NCBI GenBank assembly: GCA_046757165.1 | Contig: JBHHXT010000052.1 | Coordinates: 1-26,942 of the forward strand | Reading direction: 5' to 3' | Origin: a bacterium | Lineage (GTDB): Bacteria; Zhuqueibacterota; Zhuqueibacteria; Oceanimicrobiales; Oceanimicrobiaceae | DNA: 26,942 nucleotides | Shown: piece after piece, positions 1 through 9,744 of the stretch | How the letters are laid out: the number at the start of each line of letters is the position of its first letter | Numbering within the stretch: position 1 is the stretch's first letter | Notes under the pieces: generated by a model | Databases searched by the model: none | Seen by the model: the letters and a program-made list of their open reading frames with translations, nothing else | Told to the model about the DNA's origin: nothing | Translations under genes and position numbers: made by a program

Positions 1-859
1 CAACAGCACGGGGACCACTCTGTTGGCTCAGAACAACTACTGGGGCGAATTGCCGCCGCCGTGTCCCCCTTTGCCGAATCAAATCTCTGGCACGGTGACG
101 ACTTCGCCCTGCCTGGGTTCGCCGCCAGGTGGACTGGCGGTGTTTCGCGAGCTGCCCCCGCTTGCCGCCGCTGCTTTCGGCGCGCCATCCGCTGGCGCAT
201 CCCCTGACCTGGATACGGAAGTGAAACAGCGACTCATCGCACAGTACAAAGCTACCATCAGCAGCAGCCCTGCTTCTCCGGAAGCGGTGGAGGCTGTGCG
301 CGCCTACTACAGCCTGGTGCGCACCGACCGGCAGGATAAGCTGAAGGAGCGCAGTCAGGCGGCCGGCTATCTGCAAGGCCTGGCCAGCGCCCACGCCAGC
401 CTGCCTCTGGGACACAGTGCCCTGCAACTGCTGATCATCGAGAAGAACCGCACCGGCGACCTGTCCGGCGCCATCGCCCTGTCGCACGAGGCGCTCACCA
501 AACTGCCAGAGCAGGAGCAGTCCGGCGTGCTGTTCAACCTGGTGTGGCTGACGCTCAGCGCCGGAGAAGTCGCGCAAGCTCAGCAGTTGGTTGCAGATTT
601 CAGAGCTCGATTTCCCGAGTTAGCAAGCGAGGCGACGCATCTCGAGGAGACGGTGGCCGAAATGGCGCCGGAGCTCGCGAGCATGGGCTCGAGCAGGGTC
701 ATGGCCGGGAAGACCGCGCTGCCCGAGAACCCCGGTACCGCAACCGCACGCCAGGCGCCACTCGATGAGCTAAGGTGTTTTTTGGGGTTTGCTTGCCCGC
801 GCATCACCTATAACACTAAGGCATCGGGATTTGCTGGGATGCGGGGAATAACACGCTAA
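1..859 (+). CDS. 3' part of a probable secreted protein (NNYWG beta-helix end followed by TPR-like helices); C-terminus possibly truncated
   Basis: The frame is open from position 2 (NSTGTTLLAQNNYWG...), so the gene starts left of the window. A helical region follows. The tail after ~770 is lower in GC and the stop lies in a REP-like hairpin. Confidence 0.6.
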   Translation, partial: NSTGTTLLAQNNYWGELPPPCPPLPNQISGTVTTSPCLGSPPGGLAVFRELPPLAAAAFGAPSAGASPDLDTEVKQRLIAQYKATISSSPASPEAVEAVRAYYSLVRTDRQDKLKERSQAAGYLQGLASAHASLPLGHSALQLLIIEKNRTGDLSGAIALSHEALTKLPEQEQSGVLFNLVWLTLSAGEVAQAQQLVADFRARFPELASEATHLEETVAEMAPELASMGSSRVMAGKTALPENPGTATARQAPLDELRCFLGFACPRITYNTKASGFAGMRGITR

Positions 860-860
860 A

Positions 861-993
861 GAGGCTGTGTGAAAACATGGTAAAACAAGCCTCTGGCTTG
901 TTAAAAAAGGTCTATGATTTGATCTAAGTTCTTGTTTTCTTTGCAATCCATTCTCGCAAGCAAGATGCTTGCGTTACATTTTCACACAGGCTC
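861..993. mobile_element. 133-bp MITE-like element with 15-bp TIRs, TAAA target duplication and an internal REP doublet
   Basis: GAGGCTGTGTGAAAA (861-875) versus TTTTCACACAGGCTC (979-993), 14/15 inverted match. TAAA at 857-860 and 994-997. Hairpins at 884-902 and 955-973. Confidence 0.8.
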
Positions 994-1015
994 TAAAGCG
1001 TGAACACCCTAATTC

Positions 1016-1189
1016 TGGAACGCGGATTTGGCGGATAGAACAGATTTACACGGATCTGATTTAGGCGAGAACCAAAGAATTCATGAGCCACATGATCTCG
1101 ATTCCACTGACTTCGACACATTACGTGAATTATGATTAGGTCCAATCCGTTCCGATCCGATCCGCTAAAACCGTCTTATCCGTGTTCCA
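1016..1189. repeat. Inverted-repeat element with arms built from ~9-10-bp periodic CGGAT units
   Basis: TGGAACGCGGAT (1016-1027) versus ATCCGTGTTCCA (1178-1189), 11/12 inverted match. Repeated CGGAT/CAGAT on the left and ATCCG on the right. Confidence 0.65.
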
Positions 1190-1296
1190 TTTTTTGCACT
1201 TTTTTGCAAAAGATAGGGGGTTGTGTCTTGGTGTTTTTGTGGCTATGAATTTGTCAGGTTATTATAGTAAAACGTTAAAACAAGAAGGAGGGTTGA

Positions 1297-2313
1297 ATGA
1301 GAAGCGTGCATTATATCGTCATGCTGGGTGCGACATGTCTTGCGTTTTTGAGCTGCTCATCGAAACACGAGATCGAAAAAAACTCTGAGCTGTATAAGCT
1401 AGCCAAAGCCCTGACGTTAAAGTACTCGGTTCTGCACCCGGATTCAAACAAAGTGCTGGTCAGGACAAAAGAGTTTGAAATCACCTGGGGTGAGCTGCTT
1501 CAGTCCATGTCGTTGACCGAGGGCAAGATGTTGCATCAGCTTAGGTTTTCCAGTCCCCAAAAACTGAAGGCGCTGATCCAGGACCGCGCGGAAGCCTATG
1601 TGCTGCGGAAGCACTTGCTGGAGAGAGCCAGAAAGGCCAATCTTTCTGTGACGGAGGAGGAGATAAACAGAAGATATCTCGACCAATTTGAAGGACGCAG
1701 CAGTGAAGATGAGTTTCTCGCTCGCCTGCAGCAATTGGACATCAAGGTAGAAAACGTCAAGTCCGAACTGGAGAAAAGACTGATTGCTGAGAAATACGTC
1801 GACACCGTGCTCGCTCCGCAAACTGTGGTTACGCCGGAAGAAATCGAGCAGGTATATGAGCAGGGCAAGACGGCCACTTTTCGGCACATTCTCATGAGTC
1901 TCGAGGACAAAAGCGACTCAGCCCAAGCGGAAATACGGACGAAGATGGAGGAGATCCTGGCCAGAGCCAGGAGCGGCCAGGATTTTGCTGAGCTTGCCAG
2001 AAAGTACTCCCAGGATCAGGGGTCAAAAAAGAAGGGCGGGCTCTATGTGGACATGGACCGTTTTCAAATGGACTCCGATTTCGCCCGGACAGTTTTTGCG
2101 CTGCCCCTGAACGAGATCAGCGACATCATCGAGACGCCCTTCGGGTATCATATCGTCAAGGTCATAAGCCGCAAGAAGGAGAGTAAACCCCTCGAGGAGG
2201 TGCGTGCTGAAATCGAGCAATGGCTCCGGTCGCCAAAATGGCAAAAAGCCTACAGTGATTACCTGTCCGAACTACGCAAGGAGGTCGGGCTGGAATACGT
2301 CGCCGCTGATTGA
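1297..2313 (+). CDS. Parvulin-type peptidyl-prolyl isomerase lipoprotein (PrsA/SurA-like foldase)
   Basis: AAGGAGG RBS, lipobox FLSC, SurA-N-like helical region, and rotamase motifs RHIL, FAELARKYSQD..S...GG, ETPFGYHIVKV. Confidence 0.9.
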   Translation: MRSVHYIVMLGATCLAFLSCSSKHEIEKNSELYKLAKALTLKYSVLHPDSNKVLVRTKEFEITWGELLQSMSLTEGKMLHQLRFSSPQKLKALIQDRAEAYVLRKHLLERARKANLSVTEEEINRRYLDQFEGRSSEDEFLARLQQLDIKVENVKSELEKRLIAEKYVDTVLAPQTVVTPEEIEQVYEQGKTATFRHILMSLEDKSDSAQAEIRTKMEEILARARSGQDFAELARKYSQDQGSKKKGGLYVDMDRFQMDSDFARTVFALPLNEISDIIETPFGYHIVKVISRKKESKPLEEVRAEIEQWLRSPKWQKAYSDYLSELRKEVGLEYVAAD

Positions 2314-2679
2314 GCGCAGAGGCGAACCGGAGACCGGGACGTCCCTCGTCTGCGACTTTTCGGAAAGAAGGGGGAGTCTTGCCGTCAGGTCGAAGCCGGT
2401 GACAATTATGAAAGTGCTTTCACAATTCTAAAGTTTCGGAGTGTGCCACCGATGAAGGAACTTGAGGCTGTGATGCCTCCCAAGGGAAAGGATACCCGGT
2501 TGGATGACTCCATTTTGAGCCGCTTCCGTCAGGACGATAGAAGCGGCTTACTTATTTGGGACCGCTTGTTTGTCGAGATTTGAAGGGTTGAGGAAAATGA
2601 AGAAGTTCGAGCGGAATTACGGCTGTTTGAAGAACGTCGTGACATGAGGCGTATCTGGGAGCATCAGGCCGCGTCGGCA

Positions 2680-2853
2680 TCAATTTCGTGTAAAGGATGA
2701 TTCCAATTCGGCGATTAGTGTTATCAAAAAATGCGTGTCATCATTTTGGTCCAGAATCTGGATAAACGTTTTGTAGCCGGCGTACAATTCGTCGGTGTGA
2801 ACCCTGATGAATTTGACAATGTTAAAGTGATTTTCGATATTTAGCAGTTTCAT
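2680..2853 (-). CDS. Possible small hypothetical protein (57 aa, MKLLNIENHF...)
   Basis: ATG-initiated ORF read by hand in an otherwise unexplained 660-bp gap. No recognised motif. Confidence 0.3.
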   Translation of the reverse strand: MKLLNIENHFNIVKFIRVHTDELYAGYKTFIQILDQNDDTHFLITLIAELESSFTRN

Positions 2854-2975
2854 ATTCTTACTCGCTTCGTCACCAGTATTATCGACTTTCCGTCAGAAAC
2901 TTGCCGCCAAAAGAAACTAAGGGCAGCGGAAAGGAAAAAGGCACAGGTTGCAGAGCAATCTTTTTCGTTTTCATC

Positions 2976-4394
2976 TTACTTTACGGTACCGATGGCCAAC
3001 AGATGGTTTTCGGCCCGGACATAGAGCAGGTTTTCTGAAATCGCCGGCGTCGCCATGATTCGTTCGCCAAGATCGTTCCTGGCGACGAGTTCATAGGTCG
3101 GGCCCGCTTTCACGACAAAGATTTCACCGTCTTCACTCGTCAAGTAGATGAGTCCGTCGGCCGCAACGGGTGAGGCGCTAAAGCCACCGCCTGTGTGCGA
3201 AAGCCGCTGCCGGTAGACTTCTTGCCCCGTGCGTAATTCATAGCAATCAAGAATCCCACTGTTTCCCAGGACGTAAAGATAGTCCTGGTAGATCAGCGGC
3301 GTCGGCATGTATGGCCCGCGGCCACGAACAAACCAGGCCACGAATTCGTTGGAGAATTGTTTGTGCGCCAGCGTGATATCTCCCACGGCTCCGGGACGGA
3401 TGGCATAAATGGGTTTCTCAGGCCGCCTGCCGCTGGCCACGATGATAAGATCCGCTGAGAAAACGGGAGTGGGTGCCGTGATTTTGGAGCTGCCGCCCAG
3501 GCGCCACAGCTCTGCGCCGGTCATCGGGTCATATCCCCGGATGAAGTTGGAACCATTGGTGATGAGTTCGACTCTGTCCTGGCCAGGGTAGATGGTCGGT
3601 GTGCCCCAGGAGGGCAGCTCCTCACGGGAAGTTTTCCAGACCGTCTCGCCGTTTTCCAGGTCGCACGCCAGCAGGAAGGACTCGTCTTGCGTATCGCACT
3701 GAAAGATGACAAGATTTTCATAGATAATTGGCGAGCTCCCCGAACCCCACTCATAGTCAGGCGCATCGTAAGCGCCCATATTGAGTCTGCCCAGGTTCTT
3801 TTGCCAAATCAACTTCCCGGTGAAGTCATAAGCGAACGCCCCTTGTGACCCGAAAAGCGCCACGACGTATCTGCCGTCTGTGACCGGGGTAGAGTTTGCG
3901 TAGCTTGCTTTGATGTGCCGTTTGTCTTGCGGAATGCCTTCAGCAGCGGTCCGGCGCCAGATGACTTTTCCGGAGGTTTTGTCCAGGCACCACACCTGCC
4001 ATGCATGCTGACTGCGGTCGTCCGAGGCCGTCCCACTGCCGTACAAGCCGTGCTTGAAAGTCGCGTTTGCCCTGCTGCTCACCGCCGTGGTCACGAAAAG
4101 CTTGTTGTTCCAGATAATGGGACTGGAGTGAGCGAAGCCGGAAATGGCGGTCTTCCATTTGATGTTTTGCATGGACTCCCCGTCCCACCGCAGGGGTAGC
4201 CTTTGTCCGTCCGCGACTCCTGAGGCGTGAGCTCCCCGAAATGATGGCCATTGGTTGTCAACACGGATCCGAGATTTCTCGAAGGCGCCAGCATTCTCCG
4301 AGCAGGTGCATGAACAGAGAAGCAGGATTGAACCTGCGAGCCAGCGCAGGGTACTCCCCCGGAGCCCGGGCTCACATTTTGTTGATTTTTGCAA
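2976..4394 (-). CDS. PQQ-binding-like (BamB-type) beta-propeller repeat protein, exported
   Basis: WPSFRG, SSPIIW, repeated 'G..IW/VW' Trp-docking motifs, SASPVAADG, ATPAIS, N-terminal hydrophobic segment. Exact start uncertain. Confidence 0.88.
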   Translation of the reverse strand: MQKSTKCEPGLRGSTLRWLAGSILLLCSCTCSENAGAFEKSRIRVDNQWPSFRGAHASGVADGQRLPLRWDGESMQNIKWKTAISGFAHSSPIIWNNKLFVTTAVSSRANATFKHGLYGSGTASDDRSQHAWQVWCLDKTSGKVIWRRTAAEGIPQDKRHIKASYANSTPVTDGRYVVALFGSQGAFAYDFTGKLIWQKNLGRLNMGAYDAPDYEWGSGSSPIIYENLVIFQCDTQDESFLLACDLENGETVWKTSREELPSWGTPTIYPGQDRVELITNGSNFIRGYDPMTGAELWRLGGSSKITAPTPVFSADLIIVASGRRPEKPIYAIRPGAVGDITLAHKQFSNEFVAWFVRGRGPYMPTPLIYQDYLYVLGNSGILDCYELRTGQEVYRQRLSHTGGGFSASPVAADGLIYLTSEDGEIFVVKAGPTYELVARNDLGERIMATPAISENLLYVRAENHLLAIGTVK

Positions 4395-4492
4395 TTGATT
4401 TATTTCCTGAAGTTTAATAGATTGCCTGACGCGCTTGCAAAGTAGACGTAACGATCCAAAAAGTCAAGTTGAATCATCAGCAGGAGGGAGCG

Positions 4493-5989
4493 ATGCCAAC
4501 AAAAAAAACTCATAAATCTTCCGTCTTAGCGCTGCTTCTCCTTTTTGTTTGCAGTGGCCGGTCTTATTCACAGCCTTCAGAAGTTGACCGGTTGCTCGGC
4601 GCGCTTATGGGCGCCACCCCACTGAGCGCAGATCTGCAGGAGCTTTGTGATGAGATCGGCGGTCGGCCAACAGGCTCAGAAGCGAATATAAAGGGTGTCG
4701 AATGGGCACTGAGGAAGTTCAAAAACGCGGGCGTGCAGGCGCACAAAGAGGGGTTTGTCATGCCTCGCTTCTGGTTGGAGCGCAGCGCGAGTGCTGACAT
4801 TGGCGGCGAGGTGAACTTTTCCGCGCGCGTGGCGGCGATGACCTATTCAACCGGCACAGACAAAGACGGCCTGACCGCACCGCTGGTTGACGGCGGCAGC
4901 GGCAGCGAGGCGGATTTCAAGCGGCTGGGCCTCAAAGCAAAAGGTGCTTTTGTCCTGATTGAGAACGAGGTGCTTCTCGACATCGAGGGTTTGTTTGCAG
5001 AATATGCCAATGCGGTCGGCACGGAGGTGCGCGCGTTCGCGGCCGGCGTGGCCGGGGTGGTCTACATGTCCTCCCGTCCCAACGGGCTGCTCTATCGCCA
5101 CAATGCCTCACGCGGTTTTGCCAACACGCATCCCATGCTGGTCATGGCGCGCGAGGATGCCAAGCGTGCCCTGCGGCTGCTGCGCGCCGGCAAGCAGCTC
5201 ATGCTGACCGCAAAGATCGATGTAGACGACCGCTCGCACTATGAAAGCTATAATGTGGTCGCTGAACTTCCGGGCGCACAGGAGCCGGAGGAGATTGTGG
5301 TCATGGGCGCCCATCTCGACTCCTGGGGACTGGGCACGGGCGCGAATGACAACGGCTGCAACGCCGTGATGATGATCGACATCGCGCGGCAAATGCAGAA
5401 GCTGGGTATCAAGCCCAGACGTACCATTAGATTTGTTTTGTGGAATGGGGAAGAGCAGGGCATGGTCGGCTCCTGGCGCTACACCCAGAGACATGCCGGA
5501 GAGCTGGACCGGCACATTCTGGCGTGCTCGGTCGACATCGGCAGCGGGCGTATTCTTGGATTCTTCACCAACGGCCGGCAGGAGATTCTCGAGCCGTTGA
5601 ATCGCGCGCTGGCGCCCGTCAAGGGGCTCGGACCGTTTCAGCAGGTCAACGAGCCCGTCGTTGGCACGGACAACTATGATTTCATGATGCAGGGCGTGGC
5701 GAACCTGGTGGCCAATCACGATCCGTTCAACTATGGGCCCAACTACCATGCTGAATCGGATACTTACGACAAGGTCGATGTGCGACAGGTGCGGTTGAAC
5801 GCCGCAATCGTGGCGGCAGTGGCCTACGGCTTCGCCAACATGGAGGTGGCGTGGAAGCGGCAGACTCGCGCTGAAGTGCAGCATCTCATCGACTCGACGA
5901 GCTTGCGAAACCAGATGGATATGTTCGACCTCTATCCTGGCTGGCAAGATGGCACGCGCGGGCGCACACCAGAGACGACAGCGAAATGA
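4493..5989 (+). CDS. M28 family metallopeptidase with PA domain (carboxypeptidase Q-like), exported
   Basis: GAHLDSW, GANDNG, GEEQG, TDN and YH...DT motifs. Signal peptide. ATG 4493 follows AGGAGG. Confidence 0.9.
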   Translation: MPTKKTHKSSVLALLLLFVCSGRSYSQPSEVDRLLGALMGATPLSADLQELCDEIGGRPTGSEANIKGVEWALRKFKNAGVQAHKEGFVMPRFWLERSASADIGGEVNFSARVAAMTYSTGTDKDGLTAPLVDGGSGSEADFKRLGLKAKGAFVLIENEVLLDIEGLFAEYANAVGTEVRAFAAGVAGVVYMSSRPNGLLYRHNASRGFANTHPMLVMAREDAKRALRLLRAGKQLMLTAKIDVDDRSHYESYNVVAELPGAQEPEEIVVMGAHLDSWGLGTGANDNGCNAVMMIDIARQMQKLGIKPRRTIRFVLWNGEEQGMVGSWRYTQRHAGELDRHILACSVDIGSGRILGFFTNGRQEILEPLNRALAPVKGLGPFQQVNEPVVGTDNYDFMMQGVANLVANHDPFNYGPNYHAESDTYDKVDVRQVRLNAAIVAAVAYGFANMEVAWKRQTRAEVQHLIDSTSLRNQMDMFDLYPGWQDGTRGRTPETTAK

Positions 5990-7740
5990 AACCATCGAAC
6001 AAAACGAAACCCTCGCTCGGCACGGTTAGCTACGCGTTCAAGAAGATCATCTGGCCACGCTGGAGGCTGCTGCTGCTCGGTCTTGTGCTAATAATTATCA
6101 ACCGTGTTTCAGGCCTGATCTTGCCGGGCGCAAGCAAGTACCTGATCGACGAGGTCATCGCAAAAGGCAACATGACTTTGCTCAGATGGATTTTGATTGC
6201 GGTGGCAGGGGCGGTCACGGTTCAAGCCGCGACCTCCTTCTTTCTGACCAGGCTGCTCAGTGTCGAGGCACAACACCTCATTTCCCAGCTTCGGGTCAAG
6301 GTTCATAGCCACATCATTTACCTTCCGCTCCGGTTCTTTGACAACACCAAGTCGGGTGAGCTAGTGTCGAGAATCATGACCGACGTGGAGGGCGTTCGCA
6401 ACCTGGTGGGCACCGGGCTGGTGCAGCTCTTCGGTGGGGTGCTGACGGCGGTCGTGTCGCTCATCCTGCTGCTGCGCATCAACACGCCCATGACCCTTTA
6501 CACCTTGTTGCCGCTGATCTTTTTTGGCTTCATTTCTCTCAAAGCGTTTGGGTATATTCGTCCGATTTTTCGTGAACGCGGCGAAATCAATGCAGACGTC
6601 ACGGGACGGTTGACGGAATCATTGGGCGGCATTCGCGTCATCAAAGGGTTCAACGCTGAAAAGCAGGAAATCAAGGTATTCGAAACAGGCGTTGCCCGTA
6701 TCTTCGACAATGTCAGAAAATCGCTCACCTCCACCAGCCTGGTGACAAGCTCGGCGACATTGCTGTTGGGCCTGGCAAGTGTCGGTATCATGGGCCTGGG
6801 AGGCGTCATGATTCTGAAAGGCAAGATGACCCTGGGTGATTTCTTTGCCTTCACGCTTTATCTCGGGTTCCTGGTCGCCCCCATCGTGCAGATGGGCAAC
6901 ATCGGGAGCCAGATCACGGAGGCGTTTGCCGGCCTCGATCGCATGGAAGAGATTCTCAACAAAAAGAAAGAGGATGATGACAGCCGGCGCACCATCGTCC
7001 TGGACGAGATCCGCGGGGACATGGTTTTCGAGAACATCACCTTTTCGTATGACCAGGGCAAGACCGTTCTGAAGAATATCAGTTTTGAGGCGCCCGCCGG
7101 CACGGTGACGGCCCTGGTTGGCAGCTCCGGCTCCGGCAAGACCACTATCGCCGGGCTGGCTGCCTCTTTCCTCCAGCCAGCCGAAGGGACCGTGCGCATC
7201 GACGGCCACGATCTGTCGAAGGTTACGCTCGATTCCTTCCGCTCGTACCTGGGCGTCGTCCTGCAGGATGATTTTCTCTACGAGGGTACGATTCGCGAAA
7301 ATATCTTGTTTGCCAGGCCAGATGCCAGCGAGGCGGACCTCCTGGCTGCGGTCGAAGCAGCGCACGTTAAGGAGTTCACCGACCGTTTTGAGGATGGCCT
7401 CGACACGCTCATCGGCGAGCGCGGGGTCAAACTTTCCGGCGGACAGCGACAGCGGGTGGCCATCGCGCGCGCAATTCTCGCCAACCCAAAGATACTCATC
7501 CTGGACGAGGCGACCTCGAATCTGGATACCGAAAGCGAGCTGTACATCCAGGAGAGCCTGGCCCGCTTGCTGAAAGGCCGAACCACCCTGGTCATCGCCC
7601 ATCGACTCAGTACCATTCGCCAGGCCGACCAGATTCTGGTGATCGAAGATGGGCAGATTGCCGAGCGTGGCACCCATGATGAGCTGATTACCAGGCAGGG
7701 GCGGTACTACCAGCTCTATACCTATCAGGCGCGCATTTAG
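5986..7740 (+). CDS. ABC exporter, fused permease/ATP-binding protein
   Basis: TM domain, Walker A GSSGSGKT, signature LSGGQ, Walker B ILILDEAT, H-loop. ATGA overlap with the peptidase stop. Confidence 0.95.
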   Translation: MKPSNKTKPSLGTVSYAFKKIIWPRWRLLLLGLVLIIINRVSGLILPGASKYLIDEVIAKGNMTLLRWILIAVAGAVTVQAATSFFLTRLLSVEAQHLISQLRVKVHSHIIYLPLRFFDNTKSGELVSRIMTDVEGVRNLVGTGLVQLFGGVLTAVVSLILLLRINTPMTLYTLLPLIFFGFISLKAFGYIRPIFRERGEINADVTGRLTESLGGIRVIKGFNAEKQEIKVFETGVARIFDNVRKSLTSTSLVTSSATLLLGLASVGIMGLGGVMILKGKMTLGDFFAFTLYLGFLVAPIVQMGNIGSQITEAFAGLDRMEEILNKKKEDDDSRRTIVLDEIRGDMVFENITFSYDQGKTVLKNISFEAPAGTVTALVGSSGSGKTTIAGLAASFLQPAEGTVRIDGHDLSKVTLDSFRSYLGVVLQDDFLYEGTIRENILFARPDASEADLLAAVEAAHVKEFTDRFEDGLDTLIGERGVKLSGGQRQRVAIARAILANPKILILDEATSNLDTESELYIQESLARLLKGRTTLVIAHRLSTIRQADQILVIEDGQIAERGTHDELITRQGRYYQLYTYQARI

Positions 7741-7899
7741 GACTTGACAAGTTCTTTTCTGTGATTCTATGTCAATCGATGGAAATCGCCGTTTTTTCTG
7801 GCACGTTGATTTTTAGCGGGTAGGGCACGTGCCTTTCCCTCAATTTTACCTCGCTGGTGGCCAGTGGGCCGCCGGATTACGCAACGCGGAGAATGAGCC

Positions 7900-8382
7900 A
7901 TGCCTTCCTTTGATGTCGTCTCAGAAGTCAACATGCATGAAGTCAGCAATGCGGTTGACCAGGCGAACCGTGAAGTTTCCACACGGTTCGATTTCAAAGC
8001 CAGTGATGCCCGTTTCGAGCGCACCGACGCGGAGATCATGATGTTTGGTGACAATGAATTCCAGCTCAAACAGATGCTCGACATTCTGTACACGAAGCTG
8101 ACCAAGCGCAAAGTCCCGCTCAAATCCCTCCTGGTTGATCCGCCCGAGGAGTCGGGCAAAGGGGCCCGGCAAAGAGTCACCGTGCGCCAGGGTGTGGAGA
8201 CAGATATGGCAAAAAAAATCGTCAAGATGGTCAAAGAAACCAGGTTGAAAGTGCAGGCCGCCGTCCAGGGCGACAAAGTGCGGATCAGCGGCAAGAAGAG
8301 AGATGACCTGCAACAGGTGATCGCCATGTTGAAGGAAGCCGACCTGGACATCCCGCTGCAGTATACCAATTATCGCGAGTGA
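7900..8382 (+). CDS. yajQ: YajQ family nucleotide (c-di-GMP)-binding protein
   Basis: MPSFDVVSEV...TRFDFK...QG.KVRISGKKRDDLQ...LQYTNYR is the characteristic YajQ sequence. Confidence 0.95.
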   Translation: MPSFDVVSEVNMHEVSNAVDQANREVSTRFDFKASDARFERTDAEIMMFGDNEFQLKQMLDILYTKLTKRKVPLKSLLVDPPEESGKGARQRVTVRQGVETDMAKKIVKMVKETRLKVQAAVQGDKVRISGKKRDDLQQVIAMLKEADLDIPLQYTNYRE

Positions 8383-8581
8383 TCTCAGCGACTTGGCAAA
8401 ATCGGATCATTGCCGGAAATGATCCAACACCATCTGTGACCGTGTTAGGTTGCGGCTCTGCTGCGTTAGGTCCAGAAACGATGTTACTTTGTCGGAAAAA
8501 TTTCCCAATTAATTTTGCACGGCCGCAAGGTTCCGGGTGTTTCAGGCGGCTTGTTCGTGAACGATAAAAGGGACGATTCGT

Positions 8582-9715
8582 ATGATTCCCTGCCAGCGTC
8601 ACCTGTTTGATATTCCGGACGAGATTGCTTATTTCAATTGCGCCTATTTAGGGCCGCAGATGCAGTCCGTGCGGGAGGCGGGCTACGAGGGGGTCGATCG
8701 CAAGAGCCACCCCTGGAAGGTCGTCCCGTCCCACTTTTTCGATGAATCTGAGCTGGTGCGCGACTTGTTTGCTCGGTTGATCTCGGCTGGCGCCGACGAT
8801 ATCGCGATTATTCCGTCCGTTAGCTACGGCGTGGCCATCGCCGCGGCCAGCATCGACCTTGGTGCGGGGGATGAAATTATCATGCTCGAGGAGCAGTTCC
8901 CGTCCAATGTTTATCCGTGGCTCGAGGTCGCCAAAAGGACGCAGGCGTGCGCCGTTCAGGTTCAACGCGAAGAAAGCGAGACCTGGACGCAGGCGGTCTT
9001 GCGCAGGATCGGTCCGGCCACCAAAGTGGTGACCCTTCCGAACGTCCATTGGACAGACGGACGCGCGATCGATCTCGAACAAGTGGCGGACAAATGCCGG
9101 CAGGTTCATGCCTTGCTCGTGCTGGATTTGACGCAGTCGCTCGGGGCGTTGCCTTTTTCGGTTGCGGCGGTCAGGCCCGCTTTTGTGATTTGTGCCGGCT
9201 ACAAATGGTTGCTCGGGCCTTACAGTCTCGGCTATCTCTACGTTGCGCCTGAGTTTCAGAACTGTTCCCCGGTCGAGCACAACTGGCTCAACCGAAAGGA
9301 GAGCGAGGATTTTGCTGGCTTGGTAGACTACAAAGATGATTTTCAACCGGGCGCGCGCCGGTTCGATGTCGGGGAGCGCAGCAACTTTGCACTCATGCCC
9401 ATGGCCCTGGCTGCGCTCGAGCAAATTCATGAGTGGCAGGTTCCCGCCATCCACGAAACACTCTCCGCATTGACCGGGAAGGTGGCCCATCAAGCCCTGG
9501 AACTCGGCCTTGAAGTCTCCCGGACTGAAGAGCGGGCAGGTCACATGCTCGGCATCCGGTTTCCGAACGGTGTGCCTGATGGCATGCTGCAGAATCTGAG
9601 TCAGGAAAATGTTTATGTCAGCGTACGGGGTAATGCCGTGCGCATCTCTCCGCACCTTCACAACAACGAAGCGGATGTGTCCAGGTTGCTGGATGTCATG
9701 CGAAACAGCCTGTAG
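8582..9715 (+). CDS. Class V aminotransferase-fold PLP enzyme
   Basis: YFNCAYLGP, EQFPSN, D.TQSLG, PLP lysine in GYKWLLGP, RISPH. Substrate not determinable. Confidence 0.9.
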   Translation: MIPCQRHLFDIPDEIAYFNCAYLGPQMQSVREAGYEGVDRKSHPWKVVPSHFFDESELVRDLFARLISAGADDIAIIPSVSYGVAIAAASIDLGAGDEIIMLEEQFPSNVYPWLEVAKRTQACAVQVQREESETWTQAVLRRIGPATKVVTLPNVHWTDGRAIDLEQVADKCRQVHALLVLDLTQSLGALPFSVAAVRPAFVICAGYKWLLGPYSLGYLYVAPEFQNCSPVEHNWLNRKESEDFAGLVDYKDDFQPGARRFDVGERSNFALMPMALAALEQIHEWQVPAIHETLSALTGKVAHQALELGLEVSRTEERAGHMLGIRFPNGVPDGMLQNLSQENVYVSVRGNAVRISPHLHNNEADVSRLLDVMRNSL

Positions 9716-9744
9716 CTGAAGGGCTAATCCAGCCTCAACGAGTC

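Noticed and set aside
852..1244. CRISPR array
   Set aside because: The repeats are inverted or periodic, with no constant repeat-spacer pattern and no cas genes. The same applies to 13041-13223.
7744..7775. TTGACA...TGTCAA promoter or operator upstream of yajQ
   Set aside because: The -35 is perfect but there is no convincing -10, and a 6-bp inverted match is too weak.
8404..8425. Terminator after yajQ
   Set aside because: An 8-bp stem is present but has no U-tract, so its function is unsupported.
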